A stretch of 43,874 bases of DNA, filler included, from Catajapyx aquilonaris (lineage: Eukaryota): NCBI GenBank assembly GCA_000934665.2. It is 2 parts of 2 records of this genome, joined end to end, with 100 filler letters (N's around TTAATTAATTAA, not from the genome) between each part and the next. Parts side by side here need not be neighbours in the genome. Positions count along the whole stretch, not along the records: positions 1 to 21,892 come from KZ539443.1; 1 more part is not named here. One strand, 5' to 3'. A program made the position numbers and the translations under genes. This document shows, in pieces, positions 1 to 10,830 of this stretch. Below the pieces are notes generated by a model, which ran no database searches, was not told the origin of the DNA, and saw only the letters and a program-made list of their open reading frames with translations. Numbering within the stretch: position 1 is the first letter of the stretch; every line of letters starts with the position of its first letter.

Positions 1-779
1 GCTCTAATGAGTGTCACTACCTTCAGGTGGAAGGACATCATTATCAGCCCGCGCCATCTACCTTAGGCTCAGAACTTATTGGACGACCCTCGTATGTTCA
101 TAGGGGTTTGACCACTTGCACTAACCGAAAGAAAATTCTCCAGAAAAGGCCTCATTCTCAGCCATTTCCAGGTGTTTGCGATTTTTCCCCTCATCATAGT
201 ATTGAGCAATATGGCTGAATTTTTATAGGCAGCATTAAGGAATAGAGGAGTACATCTGGGATTATTTTCACTAAGATCCGAGACGGTCTAGCAACATTAG
301 GCCCACTTGATTCGGAATGACCCCTAGTAAACCGTCCAAAGTTTTAAAACGGTATATCTCAAAAACTGTGGGTGATAGAGCAAATCTTTTGCCGGATTCG
401 GATTCAGCACCCTAAATTCCATAAAAAGCACATAAAAGTTTTCAAAAGAGCGAAAGAGAGTTTTTTTTTGCAGAGCCGTGTAATTTTTGAACCTGGGGTT
501 TTGGTCAATATCTCGTCAAAGGTGCAAGATATTGCAAAAATAACGACATTTCACCACCAACGGGCCACAACATCTCATGTTTAGGCCGGGTAAGTGTACT
601 CGCACACCAAAAAAACGAAAACCAGGAAGTTGCGTCACTTACGCCCCTGGTGGAGCTGTAGGATATTAACCCACATGACTCAGATTTTTTACCTGTCAAA
701 AGGATCGCCCAACACAAATTTTTTTCACTAGCGAACTACAACTTTCGAAAAAAAGTGTTTTTCGAGCCGCCCTACCATA

Positions 780-1062
780 CATGTATCTCCACAAAAAAGT
801 CCATCGGGGTAAAATCTGGGCTTCTGGAGGGGCTAGGCATGGAGAAATTTCTCATACGAGTCGTCTCACACTGGGAAGCTGAACAAATGAAGATTTTCTA
901 CGGCAGGTTTATTTCATGGATGAGGTGACTTTTTTCATTTGAATCATCAAGAACATTGTCTGTGGTGTAAATATCAGAGATATCCAGCACCTACGGGATA
1001 GGATTGCAACGGTTACTCCAGATGTGATTGATAGAGTTTGTCCCGACACCGAATACAGGCTT
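780..1062. pseudogene. Degraded, rearranged Tc1/mariner (Tc3-like) transposase relic
   Basis: + strand about 886-944 NEDFLRQVYFMDEVTF (FSDEATF-like); about 946-1062 IKNIVCGVNIRDIQHLRDRIATVTPDVIDRVCPDTEYRL; - strand about 780-835 PSRSPDFTPMDF (WPPRSPDLTPLDF-like). Confidence 0.75.
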
Positions 1063-1106
1063 TTTAATCTGCCTAGCGATAAATGAAGCTCGCATTAAAA
1101 TAAATA

Positions 1107-1165
<59 letters not shown>
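1107..1165. repeat. (AAT)n microsatellite
   Basis: About 19 perfect AAT units; explains the poly-Y and poly-L ORFs. Confidence 0.97.
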
Positions 1166-1166
<1 letters not shown>

Positions 1167-2556
1167 CTGAAACCAAAGCTGTAGACCTTACTTAGTATTT
1201 CAAAACTTAAATCATTCATATATATATCTGCAAGTTTTCGAGTTATAGGGTTTTTTGAATGGGAAATTCTATTTCGATGACCCTGTATTTCATGCCGCGA
1301 GGTAAGGGCAGTTGACCACCTTGGATTGTGCAATTAGTGAAGGAAATTAATATCGAAGACTTTATATCTGTGAGGCCTATGCGCCTATCCCGCCTATTTG
1401 GGATGCATCAGTTGCCAAAAATACCAGGGGAAAAAAACCTTTTCATCATCTTGCCTCAGATCTTGGAAAAGTATATGGTACAGTCTTTTCGATGATGACC
1501 TTTCCAGGCAAGGATGAACATGAATTTTCCTGTTTTGCCTGCACTTTTTATTCCTTGTCAATAGAAGGTTTAGCAATAATGCATTTAAAGCCACTGGTTG
1601 CCATACTGAATCTGGCCCACCTGCTGTGGCGAGCGCCTGCCCCAGTGCAGTTGCCGACTTGAGCGCTTGCAGTGCCGGAAGCCAGCGACTGCAGTAGGCT
1701 GTGGCTGTGGTGTGTGACTAAAGTGGCCACTGGAACAGGCCCTAAGAAAGCCAAGAAAATTCTATATGGTTGCCCAGTCTCTCTGATGAATTATGAAAAC
1801 ATTAAGTGTCAGTTTAAAAAATTTTAAAGGTCCGGTTTAAAATGAAGTAATGTGATCCGCCAGGTGCAAAAAAAGGCAGCTCAGGTGGCGAGCGGGCAAT
1901 GCCCAGAGCTCCGAGCAGTCCACCCGGCCAATTAGGTGCAAGGATGCTTTTTACGACCAAAATGGCATGGGGGGGAGATTGCGTACCCTTCACAGATCGT
2001 TCTGATTTTTCCCCCTGCGAAAAGTAAGTCCCAGAATTTAGGGATTTTTTAAAATGGGTTTCAGCTGGACGTCCACACACCGGGAAATAAGCGGCAGTTT
2101 AATTCGTGCAGTAAGTGTTTGTTTCGGGTTGTTTAAATGAATGACACCTTTGGCCTATGACGTTGTGCCATTAAAAATATCACACAAGTGGTGTAAATAC
2201 TCCTGAACATAGAAACTATGTACATTTCCTAAGGCTATGGTGAAAGAAATTTCCATCAGGGTTATACCAGTGAATAAAAAAAACAAAAAAAACAAATTGT
2301 TTGCCACAACCAAATCAGTCCACGGGAGACAGGGTTAAAGGGTTATAATAATTATTCGTCTATATTGTAACTACACTGTAGCGTACTCCCAATTATCCTG
2401 GCTAATGACTGCACGAGTGTTGCCAGATAATCAGAAAACACGGATAATCAGAAAATGGTCCTAGACATCGGAAAAAATTAGCTATTCACACGTTTTTAAT
2501 GTAATACTGTATAGAGAGTATGATGCTTGGTTGAGTCAAAATAATAAAACTTACCA

Positions 2557-2851
2557 CCGAAGCAGCAGTAGGTGAGGGGATACAGTATCTGGCTGCTAAT
2601 CGGGAGGTCCGGGGATCAAATCCCGGGACCGGCAACTCTGACCGTGGTTTTCTGTGGTTTCCCACGGTCCCTCCAGGAAAATTCCGGAGTTGTTTCCGTA
2701 ATTAACAGGCCACAGCCGCTTCCTTCCATCCCTATCCCTTCCCAAAAAAAGTGAAGCAAAAAGTAAAAAAGCAAAGAGTTCCTGACAAAAAAATTGCGAT
2801 GAACTCCCCCCCTAAGGGAGCCAATGGCTCTATCACAGGGTAAATTATTAT
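2557..2851 (+). mobile_element. tRNA-derived SINE, family A, copy 1
   Basis: Flanked by direct repeat TAATAAAACTTACCA (2542-2556, 2852-2866); body near-identical to 3193-3485; Pol III boxes degenerate. Confidence 0.9.
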
Positions 2852-3019
2852 TAATAAAACTTACCAAAGATATTTACTTTGTCTTCTAGACAAAGTCTGT
2901 TTTATTTCTTCGTTGGCGAGACATATTAACAGTGGGTGGAAATTTCTTCTCGCTGCTAGTTACTGCTAACTTAGCAGTACTGGGGGGGTGTTGGCACTGG
3001 CACTGCTAAGTTAGCAGTA

Positions 3020-3584
3020 ATAAGTTAGCAGTGATAAGCCTCCTTGGGCTTTTTAGGGGATCATCTTTTATTGACCGACTTTAATCATTGCCTGCGCTGT
3101 GATGGATTTTGATTGTGGGAGGTAACGGGAGAACCCGAAGAAAACCCAAGTGATCACGGAGAGAACTCATATCATTGATACTCTAACCACAACCGAAGCA
3201 GGTTGGCATAGTGGATAAGGCGTCCGACTGCTAATCGGGAGGTCCTGGGTTCGAATCCCGGGGCCGGCAACTCTGACCGTGGTTTTCTGTGGTTTCCCAC
3301 GGTCCTTCCAGGAAAATTCCGGAGTTGTTTCCGTAATTAACAGGCCACAGCCGCTTCCTTCTGTCCCTATCCCATCCCAAAAAGTGCAGTAAAATGAAAG
3401 CAAAGAGTTCCAGGCAAAAGAAAACTTCCCCCCTAAAGAGCCGAAAAAGGCTGATAACGGGGTATGAATTAATTAATTATTATTTTACTCTAACCACAAG
3501 CATCCTCTCTCCAATCCGGGGATAAAACTCAGCACCTTAGAGGTGGAAGGCTGTGGCACTAACCACTACACCACTGTGCTGCCC
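3020..3584 (-). mobile_element. tRNA-derived SINE with V/Meta-domain-like core, split by SINE A copy 2
   Basis: Minus-strand head GGGCAGCACAGTGGTGTAGTGGTTAG (A box); core GTTCTCTCCGTGATCACTTGGGTTTTCTTCGGGTTCTCCCGTTACCTCCCACA; flanking 16-bp direct repeat TGCTAAGTTAGCAGTA (3004-3019, 3586-3601). Confidence 0.75.
3193..3485 (+). mobile_element. tRNA-derived SINE, family A, copy 2
   Basis: A box TGGCATAGTGG 3204-3214, B box GGTTCGAATCCC 3248-3259, anticodon-like arm CCGA-CTGCTAA-TCGG, AT-rich tail, TSD TACTCTAACCACAA (3179-3192, 3486-3499). Confidence 0.92.
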
Positions 3585-3793
3585 TTGCTAAGTTAGCAGT
3601 ATCTAGCAGTGGAACTAAAATTCCACACATTTTTTAAGACTTCAATTTTAAATGTTAAAAAAAAAAAGAAATGGCGATGCACAGATAATCTGCAACACTG
3701 ATAATTTGCACCCGGATAATCGGGAGTACAGTGTATTTAAATTATTCATACTCATATATGGGTTTTGTATATATTGTTTCTCCTTCCTCTCAG

Positions 3794-3975
3794 TTGCTGC
3801 AATATATAGGATTTACGAGCCCTGAGTGCCTAGAGCGCTTGGAGGAACCCTTGAACCTCCCAGCAACTGCTCCAGCATCTCTACCTCAGGAAGTAGAAGA
3901 GGACACAATCACCATGCTTCTCAACCAGCGTAACTATGAGTTGGACTACATAAACAAACATGAGCGTGACCCAAG
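3794..3975 (+). CDS. RALGAPA: Ral GTPase-activating protein alpha subunit, internal exon (first in window; gene is 5'-partial)
   Basis: Pyrimidine tract and CAG acceptor at 3791-3793; GTAATG donor at 3976; encodes LLQYIGFTSPECLE...HERDP, resembling RALGAPA LLQYLGVTSPECL; phase 0 to 2. Confidence 0.92.
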
Positions 3976-4059
3976 GTAATGCCATTATTCCATCCTTTAG
4001 CCTTCATTCAGGAAAAGTGCAACATAGCATTTGATGCATAACAATGTGCTTCGTTTTAG

Positions 4060-4234
4060 CCTGGTAGCCCAGTCGCAAAAGCCTATTTGCTCTACAGCAC
4101 CACAATCTCCATTCCAACACTGTCGTCTGCTATTCAACCAACTGGGTCTTGCCAGTTGGGAGCGAAGGAGGCATGTTGATCTACTTTCCAAGAATGAGAA
4201 GCTCCTCAGGGAGCTCAAAAATTTAGACAATCAA
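4060..4234 (+). CDS. RALGAPA: RalGAP alpha internal exon
   Basis: TTTTAG acceptor, GTAAGT donor at 4235; phase 2 to 0 fits both neighbours; encodes ...[12 protein letters not shown]...[15 protein letters not shown]. Confidence 0.93.
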
Positions 4235-4767
4235 GTAAGTTATGACTGCTCCTTTTTTGAAGTCACATGAGAATTCATTGATGTCAAAAGCATGCCTAAC
4301 TTGGCATTACTTCACCTCTCACATGACCCCAGGGTGCAATTATAAGACCATATCACCTCGATTGCAAGTGAGAATGAGATAATTGAAATTTACAATTTAT
4401 TTTAAGAAATGGCTGCAAGAATATTGATTGCAGATTACAGTAACTATTTATGAATCTAGAAACTCAATGAAAATCCCTCCATTGGCTGTGGGTAGAACTC
4501 AGAACAGATAATCTTTTGTTCTTTTGGCACCATGGGCTTTCTTTTCTTACGGACTGGTTGTATGAATACACATTCAGGGGCTTGTCTTGGTTTGCAATTT
4601 TTTTGGAGAGCTGACTGGAGATTGGGAAACCAACATGGTGGAAGACTTGCCATGAGCAGAGCAGATCCAGACTGTCCAACAGTTAGTGCTGCAATTGACA
4701 GATAAGACATGTTCGAAGCAGCAGTTGTGGCCTGAGACTGGATGCCAAGTTGTTTACATTGTGACTT

Positions 4768-5112
4768 TGTGGCGTTACCCCGTGATAAGGCTGAGCCTTT
4801 TTAGGGGGGTGGAATACCACCATTTCACTCCATTTTCCTATATTAACTTCATCACCGGTGCAACTGCAAGGAGTCAAGGATGTAGGGTAGGGATAGGGAT
4901 TTTTGGGGAGGGAACATTGGTGCAAGGTGCAATGTCGTAGCTATGGGTCATGTGCTGTTCCCCAGGAGGTTAGGTTGCCAGACACCTCCTTGGTGCAGGT
5001 CAGAGACCCTCCTGACGCAGGTGAAAGGAAAGTTACCCAGGCGGGGATCGAACCTGGGGCCTTTCACTCAGCAAGCCGAGACGTTACCATCACGGCCATC
5101 TACACTTCCCCA
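4768..5112 (-). mobile_element. tRNA-derived SINE, family B, copy 1
   Basis: Minus-strand A box TGGCCGTGATGG and B box GGTTCGATCCC; 15-bp TSD TTTACATTGTGACTT (4753-4767, 5113-5127). Confidence 0.9.
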
Positions 5113-5411
5113 TTTACATTGTGACTTGAATTCCCCTCCAGTTTTTTGATGAGCAAAAAAATAATGCCTCCTGTTTGGAGGCTGGAAGAGTATTAAAGTT
5201 TGGGGAGGCAAAAGAGGGAGTTCCCATTCTGTCAAGTTAGACTGCTGATGACTATATTGTAATGTGGCTTATCCTTCGATCATATTGGTGAGCATAATTT
5301 ATTGGAACAGCAATAAGTCAAGCCATGGTGTGCCCCAAAATGAAACTTTGTTTGACCTGCAACTACAATTTAAATTTTTGTTCCCAATTTCTTCCTGCTC
5401 AAACCCTGAAG

Positions 5412-5903
5412 AAATGCCGTGAGACTCACAAGATGGCAGTAATCTATGTGGCAGAAGGGCAGGAAGACCGCAATTCCATCTTATGCAACTCTGGAGGGAG
5501 TCAGGCCTATGAAGAATTTGTGGCTGGCTTGGCTTGGGAAGTGGAGTTGGAAACCCACACAGGCTTCATGGGTGGCCTGCACAAGAACAAGAGCACTGGA
5601 GAGACTGCTCCATACTATGCCACCTCTTTCTTGGAAGTGGTCTTCCATGTGGCTACCCGCATGTCGTCTGGAAGTGAGGATGCCATGCTTCAGAAGATGC
5701 GTCACTTGGGTAATGATGAAGTGCATATTGTGTGGTCTGAGCACTCCAGGGATTATCGGAGAGGGGTCATCCCTACCGAGTTCTGTGATGTGTTGCTTGC
5801 CATCTACCCAATGAAGAATGGGCTTTGTCGTGTGCAGGTGTCCAGAAAAGGAGAGGTTCCCTTTTTTGGACCACTCTTTGATGGGGCCATAGTTGACCAG
5901 AAG
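5412..5903 (+). CDS. RALGAPA: RalGAP alpha exon encoding the Rap/Ran-GAP catalytic domain
   Basis: AAG acceptor, GTGGGT donor at 5904; [19 protein letters not shown]...FHVATRM...[17 protein letters not shown]...[11 protein letters not shown]; the HLGND asparagine-thumb motif is typical of Rap1GAP/TSC2/RalGAP. Confidence 0.96.
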
Positions 5904-5989
5904 GTGGGTGCATTGCTTTTGTCGTATTTTGTTCTTCATGGGAAAATTATGTTATTCTGACTTAGTCAAGAATCTCTGGCTTCCTGTAG

Positions 5990-6206
5990 GTGCTTCCAGG
6001 CCTTGTTAGGGCAACAGCTGTAAATGCATCTAGAACCAAGAGAGGAATGCTTCCCTTTTATCAGAACTATTATGAGGAGAGGGCCAAGGCATTGGCAACT
6101 ATTGTGGCCAACCACAGAGAACCCACATCTTTTGAGGATTTTGCTGCTAGTGTTTATGCACCTGTGCAGCCACTTGCCTTTCGGCAAGGACCTACGAGGG
6201 CTTCAG
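5990..6206 (+). CDS. RALGAPA: RalGAP alpha exon, end of GAP domain
   Basis: TGTAG acceptor, GTATGT donor at 6207; [15 protein letters not shown]...YQNYYEERA...[15 protein letters not shown]; phase 0 to 1. Confidence 0.93.
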
Positions 6207-6500
6207 GTATGTAGTGCTCTGGAAGAGTCGCTCTGTTATCAGTAGCAGGTTGTTTCTTACCTAACAATACTCACAGTATGATTTATAGCTTTATTGCAAG
6301 GGAATTTTAGCCTTCCTGTTGTTTTTAAGTGTGATGTGAAATTCAGCATAACATCCTCTTAAGTGTGTGGACATTGCGTGTCGTAATGTGTAATTACATA
6401 TTGAATATGCCAATAAGTTAATCCAATTCATACTTGACAATTTTCCATTATCATTCCATTTAAAAATATTCTCTCTTTATGATCAGGAAGTCGAGATATA

Positions 6501-6728
6501 CATGATGTTCGAAATTCGTGGGTCAGTTTTTATAACTGATATTGCCCAATAGTTATTTTTTGTAGCTTGTGCCCCTAACCCGATGCCCCATTCTATAGCA
6601 ACTGCTATATTCAACCCCCTGGGAGTAATGGGGCACCTGGTTAGGGGCACAACAAGCTACAAAAAATAACTAATATTATCGGTAACATCAGTTATTTAAA
6701 AACCTACCCACGAATTTGGAACACCCTG
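6501..6728. mobile_element. Tc1/mariner-type MITE (CAGGGTGTTCC family), copy 1
   Basis: TA flanks, long imperfect inverted arms; homologous to 12439-12664. Confidence 0.85.
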
Positions 6729-7295
6729 TAGCGAATAGGAATTTGGAAAAAATCAATACAAGATAGGTTTTGGCATGGATCCCAAAAAAATTTCTAAGGT
6801 TGTTAACCCCTTCGAACTCTTCAGCCATATTGCCATCGCCTATGCATGTAGGCAGTGGCAATATGGCTAACATGGCTCATATAGGTGGAGTAAAACATGG
6901 TGGGATATTCCCGTCTGCAAAACTTGACCATCTGGAATCTACAGATGCTACGGGAGCAAAAAAAAAATCCTCCAACATGAATGAGGTGTCAGATAATAAT
7001 ATAGTAAAACCTCGATAACTGGCTTCAGGGGAAGGACACAAAGTAGGATTATAAGCGGGAATTCGTTATATGCAGGAAATGCGATTTAATTCACCCCTTA
7101 CTCAGGAAATGAATATCTGTTGCGATGTAGATGGATGCCTATAAACCATATTTACCAGACGTGACCTGACATAACCTGCCCCCATACCTTGTAGGCCCCC
7201 AAAATATCCCCTGAAGAACTGAAAACTACAATGACTAATCAGGGTCATAGGTCACAAAAACCACCTCTCCATAACTTTCACATGTGCAACTCTTA

Positions 7296-7969
7296 CAAGG
7301 GAACGGTCAGGGTCGAGGACCTCCGATTTGGTTGAAACTGGCTTGAGGGGTCATTCATGTGCGATAGACACAGTGGTGAAAGTGTTAGCTCGCACTATCC
7401 AGCCGTTTCCGAGATATGAACGACAGTAACATCCGAATTTTGGCCACGCGCATTTGCTGGGAGCCGCTCTGCCAGCTCCAAATCCCTTCTACCTTGATTC
7501 CCCCCACTTTTTTCGATCCCACACCACCATCCCCCACTCCCCCACCAAAATTTTGGTTTTCCATAGTTTCTTTGCCCCGGTATTTATTATGAGACCATCA
7601 AGCTGCTTTCTTTCGCTTCTGTCAACTGTGAATAAAGAGCTTCTATACCTAAAATTGGGTAATGGGGAAAACTCATAATAAACACCGGAGCAAAGAAACT
7701 ATGGAAAACGGAAATGTTGGTGGGGGAGTGGGGGATGGTGGTGTGGGATCGAAAAAAGTGGGGGGAATCAAGGTAGAAGGGATTTGGAGCTGGCAGAGCG
7801 GCTCCCAGCAAATGCGCGTGGCCAAAATTCGGATGTTACTGTCACTCATATCTCGGAAACGGCTGGATAGTGCGAGCTAACACTTTCACCACTGTGTCTA
7901 TCGCACATGAATGACCCCTCAAGCCAGTTTCAACCAAATCGGAGGTCCTCGACCCTGACCGTTCCCTTG
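7296..7969. mobile_element. Foldback MITE with 298-bp arms and 78-bp spacer
   Basis: 7296-7593 is a near-perfect inverted copy of 7672-7969; termini CAAGGGAACGG...CCGTTCCCTTG; TTA on both sides. Confidence 0.92.
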
Positions 7970-8351
7970 TTAGTGACAAGGCCCACCGCCTTACACCATC
8001 CCACATGGAAATCCAAAGTGTTTGGAAAAAAATGCCATGTTATTCATCACTTGTTGTTAATTGCTCATGGCTCCCATGCTCCAGACTCCCAATCTGAACG
8101 TCCCCACACCCTTGGCTCTTAGGTCATACTCCGCCAGCACGCAGAAAGCCTATCAGCTCAGCAGTGCTTCCCCGATGTTGCGAGATCACTCGCCAGGCCC
8201 CCTCTTCTCCATCAGTCCGCCCCAGATGGCTTCTCTCTCCCCAAACCTAACATCAAGACCATGTTATGATGCTCCTTTTGATGATATATGCAGGATAAGT
8301 GTCTCTGGGGACTTGGGAAACCGAGCGGGGTATATACAAGAAAGCGTTATA

Positions 8352-10034
8352 CAGGGTGATCAAACTTTTTTGTCATTTTAGTTATTGACAAATTCGGCCT
8401 TAGCTGCTTATATTGTAGCCGTGGCTAGCAACCAGTTGTTGAAATCAGAAATCCGAAGTAACAACAGTTGATATTAGGGATTAAACAACACGAAACAAAT
8501 GAAGATCGATTCCACGGAGTAGTAAGATGGAGGGGAAAGCTCCGTAAGCCGAACGCCAGCTTCCTGGCATTTTTTGTGTCCGGGGCTTAGCAGTTCGCCG
8601 GAAGGCCGCCAGTTGTCGCAACGGTCGCTATTGCTCTAGGATCTGGGAATTTGCGCGTGATTTGAATGGCGAAGCACTGACTGAACCGCTGATTTTGGTG
8701 ATTTAACGGAAATGGCTCGTCCTGAGTTGGACATTTTCGATGTGGATGACAACAGTAGTTATGCGAGCATATTGCCCTGCCGGTCAAGTAGTGGTGACAT
8801 TCCGCACGGAGCATTACACTTCTGGTCAACAGTTTAGCATCACTCCCAAGGAGAGTGTTTTAAATTTATCAAGTTTAAACTTACAGTGCAAATTGAAAGT
8901 GTGCGGTACCGTTGAAAGCGTCGTGAATAACTCTACAAAGCAAAAAAGGAACGGTCACCCTAGGTTCAACAAAGGCGCAGATATTTGCCTATTTTGTTTA
9001 AAAAACATTCTCGAACACCTACAATTTCAACTATGAATATTAATAAATAAAGGTAATCGTCACGAATTGATGCTTTATAATTTTTATTTATGGCAAGAAG
9101 CAAACGCCGAACACAAAAAAATTGCCACAATAATTTTAGAAAGTCATCACTCGAACTGTAATTTTTTAATTTTCGGCATTTCTTCATATATGCACGGTGC
9201 CGAAAATTTTGAAAAATTACAGTTCGCGTGATGAGTTTTTAAAGTTTTTGTGGCAATTTTTTTTGTGTTCGGCGTTTGCTTCTTGCCATAAATAAAAATT
9301 ATAAAGCATCAATTCGTGATGATTACCTTTATTTATTAATATTCATAGTTGAAATTGTAGGTGTTCGAGAATGTTTTTTAAACAAAATAGGCAATATCTG
9401 CGCCTCTGTTGAACCTAGGGTGACCGTTCCTTTTTTGCTTTGTAGAGTTATTCACGACGCTTTCAACGGTACCGCACACTTTCAATTTGCACTGTAAGTT
9501 TAAACTTGCTAAATTTAAAACACTCTCCTTGGGAGTGATGCTAAACTTTTGACCAGTAGTGTAATGCTCCGTGCGTAATGTCACCACTACTTGACCGGCA
9601 GGGCAATATACTCGCATAACTACTGTTGTCATCCACATCGAAAATGTCCAACTCAGGACGAGCCATTTCCGTTAAATCACCAAAATCAGCGGTTCAGTCA
9701 GTACTTCGCCATTCAAATCACGCGCAAATTCCCAGATCCTAGAGCAATAGCGACCGTCGCGACAACTGGCGGCCTTCCGGCGAACTGCTAAGCCCCGGAC
9801 ACAAAAAATGCCAGGCGGCTGAGGCAGGTTTCCCCTCCATCTTACTACTCCGTGTCGATTCGAACAAATTCGACTGCCATTCTTCATTTGTTTCGTGTTG
9901 TTTAATCCCTAATATCAACTGTTGCTATTTCCGATTTCTGATTTCAACAACTGGTTGCTAGCCATGGCTACAATATAAGCAGCTAAGGCCGAATTTGTCA
10001 ATAACTAAAACGACAAAAAAGTTTGATCACCCTG
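8352..10034. mobile_element. Giant foldback Tc1/mariner-type MITE (1683 bp)
   Basis: TA|CAGGGTGATCAAAC ... GTTTGATCACCCTG|TA; arms 8352-9178 and 9198-10034, 19-nt spacer; mirrored ORFs in the ORF track confirm the symmetry. Confidence 0.95.
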
Positions 10035-10638
10035 TATGTGGGAGCATTATATGGAGATTTTACTATATTAAAGATTATATCTACATAGCTGGTATACAGA
10101 GGTCACCTGGGAAAAGAACCCTGGGATTGAAGGGGTTAATACGTATATGCTGCAAAAGGAGTATTTTTCTATTGATTATTGCAATTATGATACTGTAAAA
10201 GTTGTGAAATCCCATTTTATGAAACAATTTTTGCTCAATCATGTTTGTCACGTGGTGAAGGTATTCTTTCAGGTATCTCATCTAATGCCAGTTACGAAAT
10301 GTACTGCTTAACAGGCTTATGGTTGCTGCTGGTAAAAATGCACTGCATCACATCAAACTTGTCTGTTACTGCCTTGAGGAGAGAGAGGCATATGAAGGTC
10401 AGTCATTATGACCAACCACCCTACTTGCCCCATTAATTCTGCTCAGTCATGCTTATGTTCCCTCAAGGAGGTAATAGAGAGACCCAATGTGATGCAGACA
10501 ATTATTTTACCAGTAGCAACTATCCATGTGTCATGCGGCATGTGACAGTAAGGTCTCTTTTTGGCACCCTGTGTGTTTTCCCACTGTTTTGTGTGGAGTG
10601 TGAGAGTTTGTGCATCTCCTGTCTGTTGACCATGGCAG

Positions 10639-10830
10639 GCACGTCATTCTCGTCCCGCTCTGGGGCATCGGAGCAGGCAGGGCTTCTCTTTCACCACACA
10701 TCCAACGTGGCAGCTGCTCTTATTGACCCCCATCCTCTCCCCCCACATTCCCATTCTGCCATGAGGCCAACCATGAGCAGGCTGCTCAGCCTCACCTCCA
10801 CTTCTGCTTCTGCAGAGCCCAAACCCAAAG
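10639..10830 (+). CDS. RALGAPA: RalGAP alpha C-terminal tail exon (Ser/Pro/His-rich)
   Basis: CAG acceptor at 10636-10638, strong AAG|GTAAGT donor; 192 nt, phase 1 to 1, open in the required frame (GTSFSSRSG...AEPKPK). Confidence 0.75.

Larger units (their letters stand above)
2932..3630. mobile_element. Short palindromic MITE interrupted by SINEs
   Basis: Left arm GTGGAAATTT...CTGCTAGTTACTGCTAACTTAGCAGT is the reverse complement of TGCTAAGTTAGCAGTATCTAGCAG...AAATTCCAC on the right. Confidence 0.6.
2374..3733. mobile_element. pogo/Tigger-like MITE hosting several nested insertions
   Basis: TA|CACTGTA(gcgta)CTCCCAATTATCC ... GGATAATCGGGAGTACAGTG|TA; repeated GATAATC subterminal motifs at both ends. 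Confidence 0.7.
7002..10065. mobile_element. pogo/Tigger-like MITE nested in the piggyBac-like element
   Basis: TA|TAGTAAAACCTCGATA ... TATGGAGATTTTACTA|TA; subterminal CGTTATA motifs on both sides. Confidence 0.65.
6807..10135. mobile_element. Non-autonomous piggyBac-like element (outer shell of a nest)
   Basis: TTAA|CCCCTTCGAACTC ... GGGATTGAAGGGG|TTAA; 10 of 13 terminal bases match as an inverted repeat. Confidence 0.55.

Noticed and set aside
2300..2348. AGGGTTAA piggyBac-like right end
   Set aside because: No matching left end found in the window.
3193..3270. Possible tRNA-Ser(GCT) gene
   Set aside because: No proper acceptor stem or long variable arm; runs into a SINE body with a TSD.
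8060..8270. Minus-strand FRLGVWSMGAM, like the start of an RTE endonuclease (LRIGTWNV)
   Set aside because: Too short and degenerate to support without a search.
8587..9791. Duplicated ORFs on opposite strands (e.g. MWMTTVVMR...)
   Set aside because: Mirror products of the palindromic MITE; no recognisable domain.
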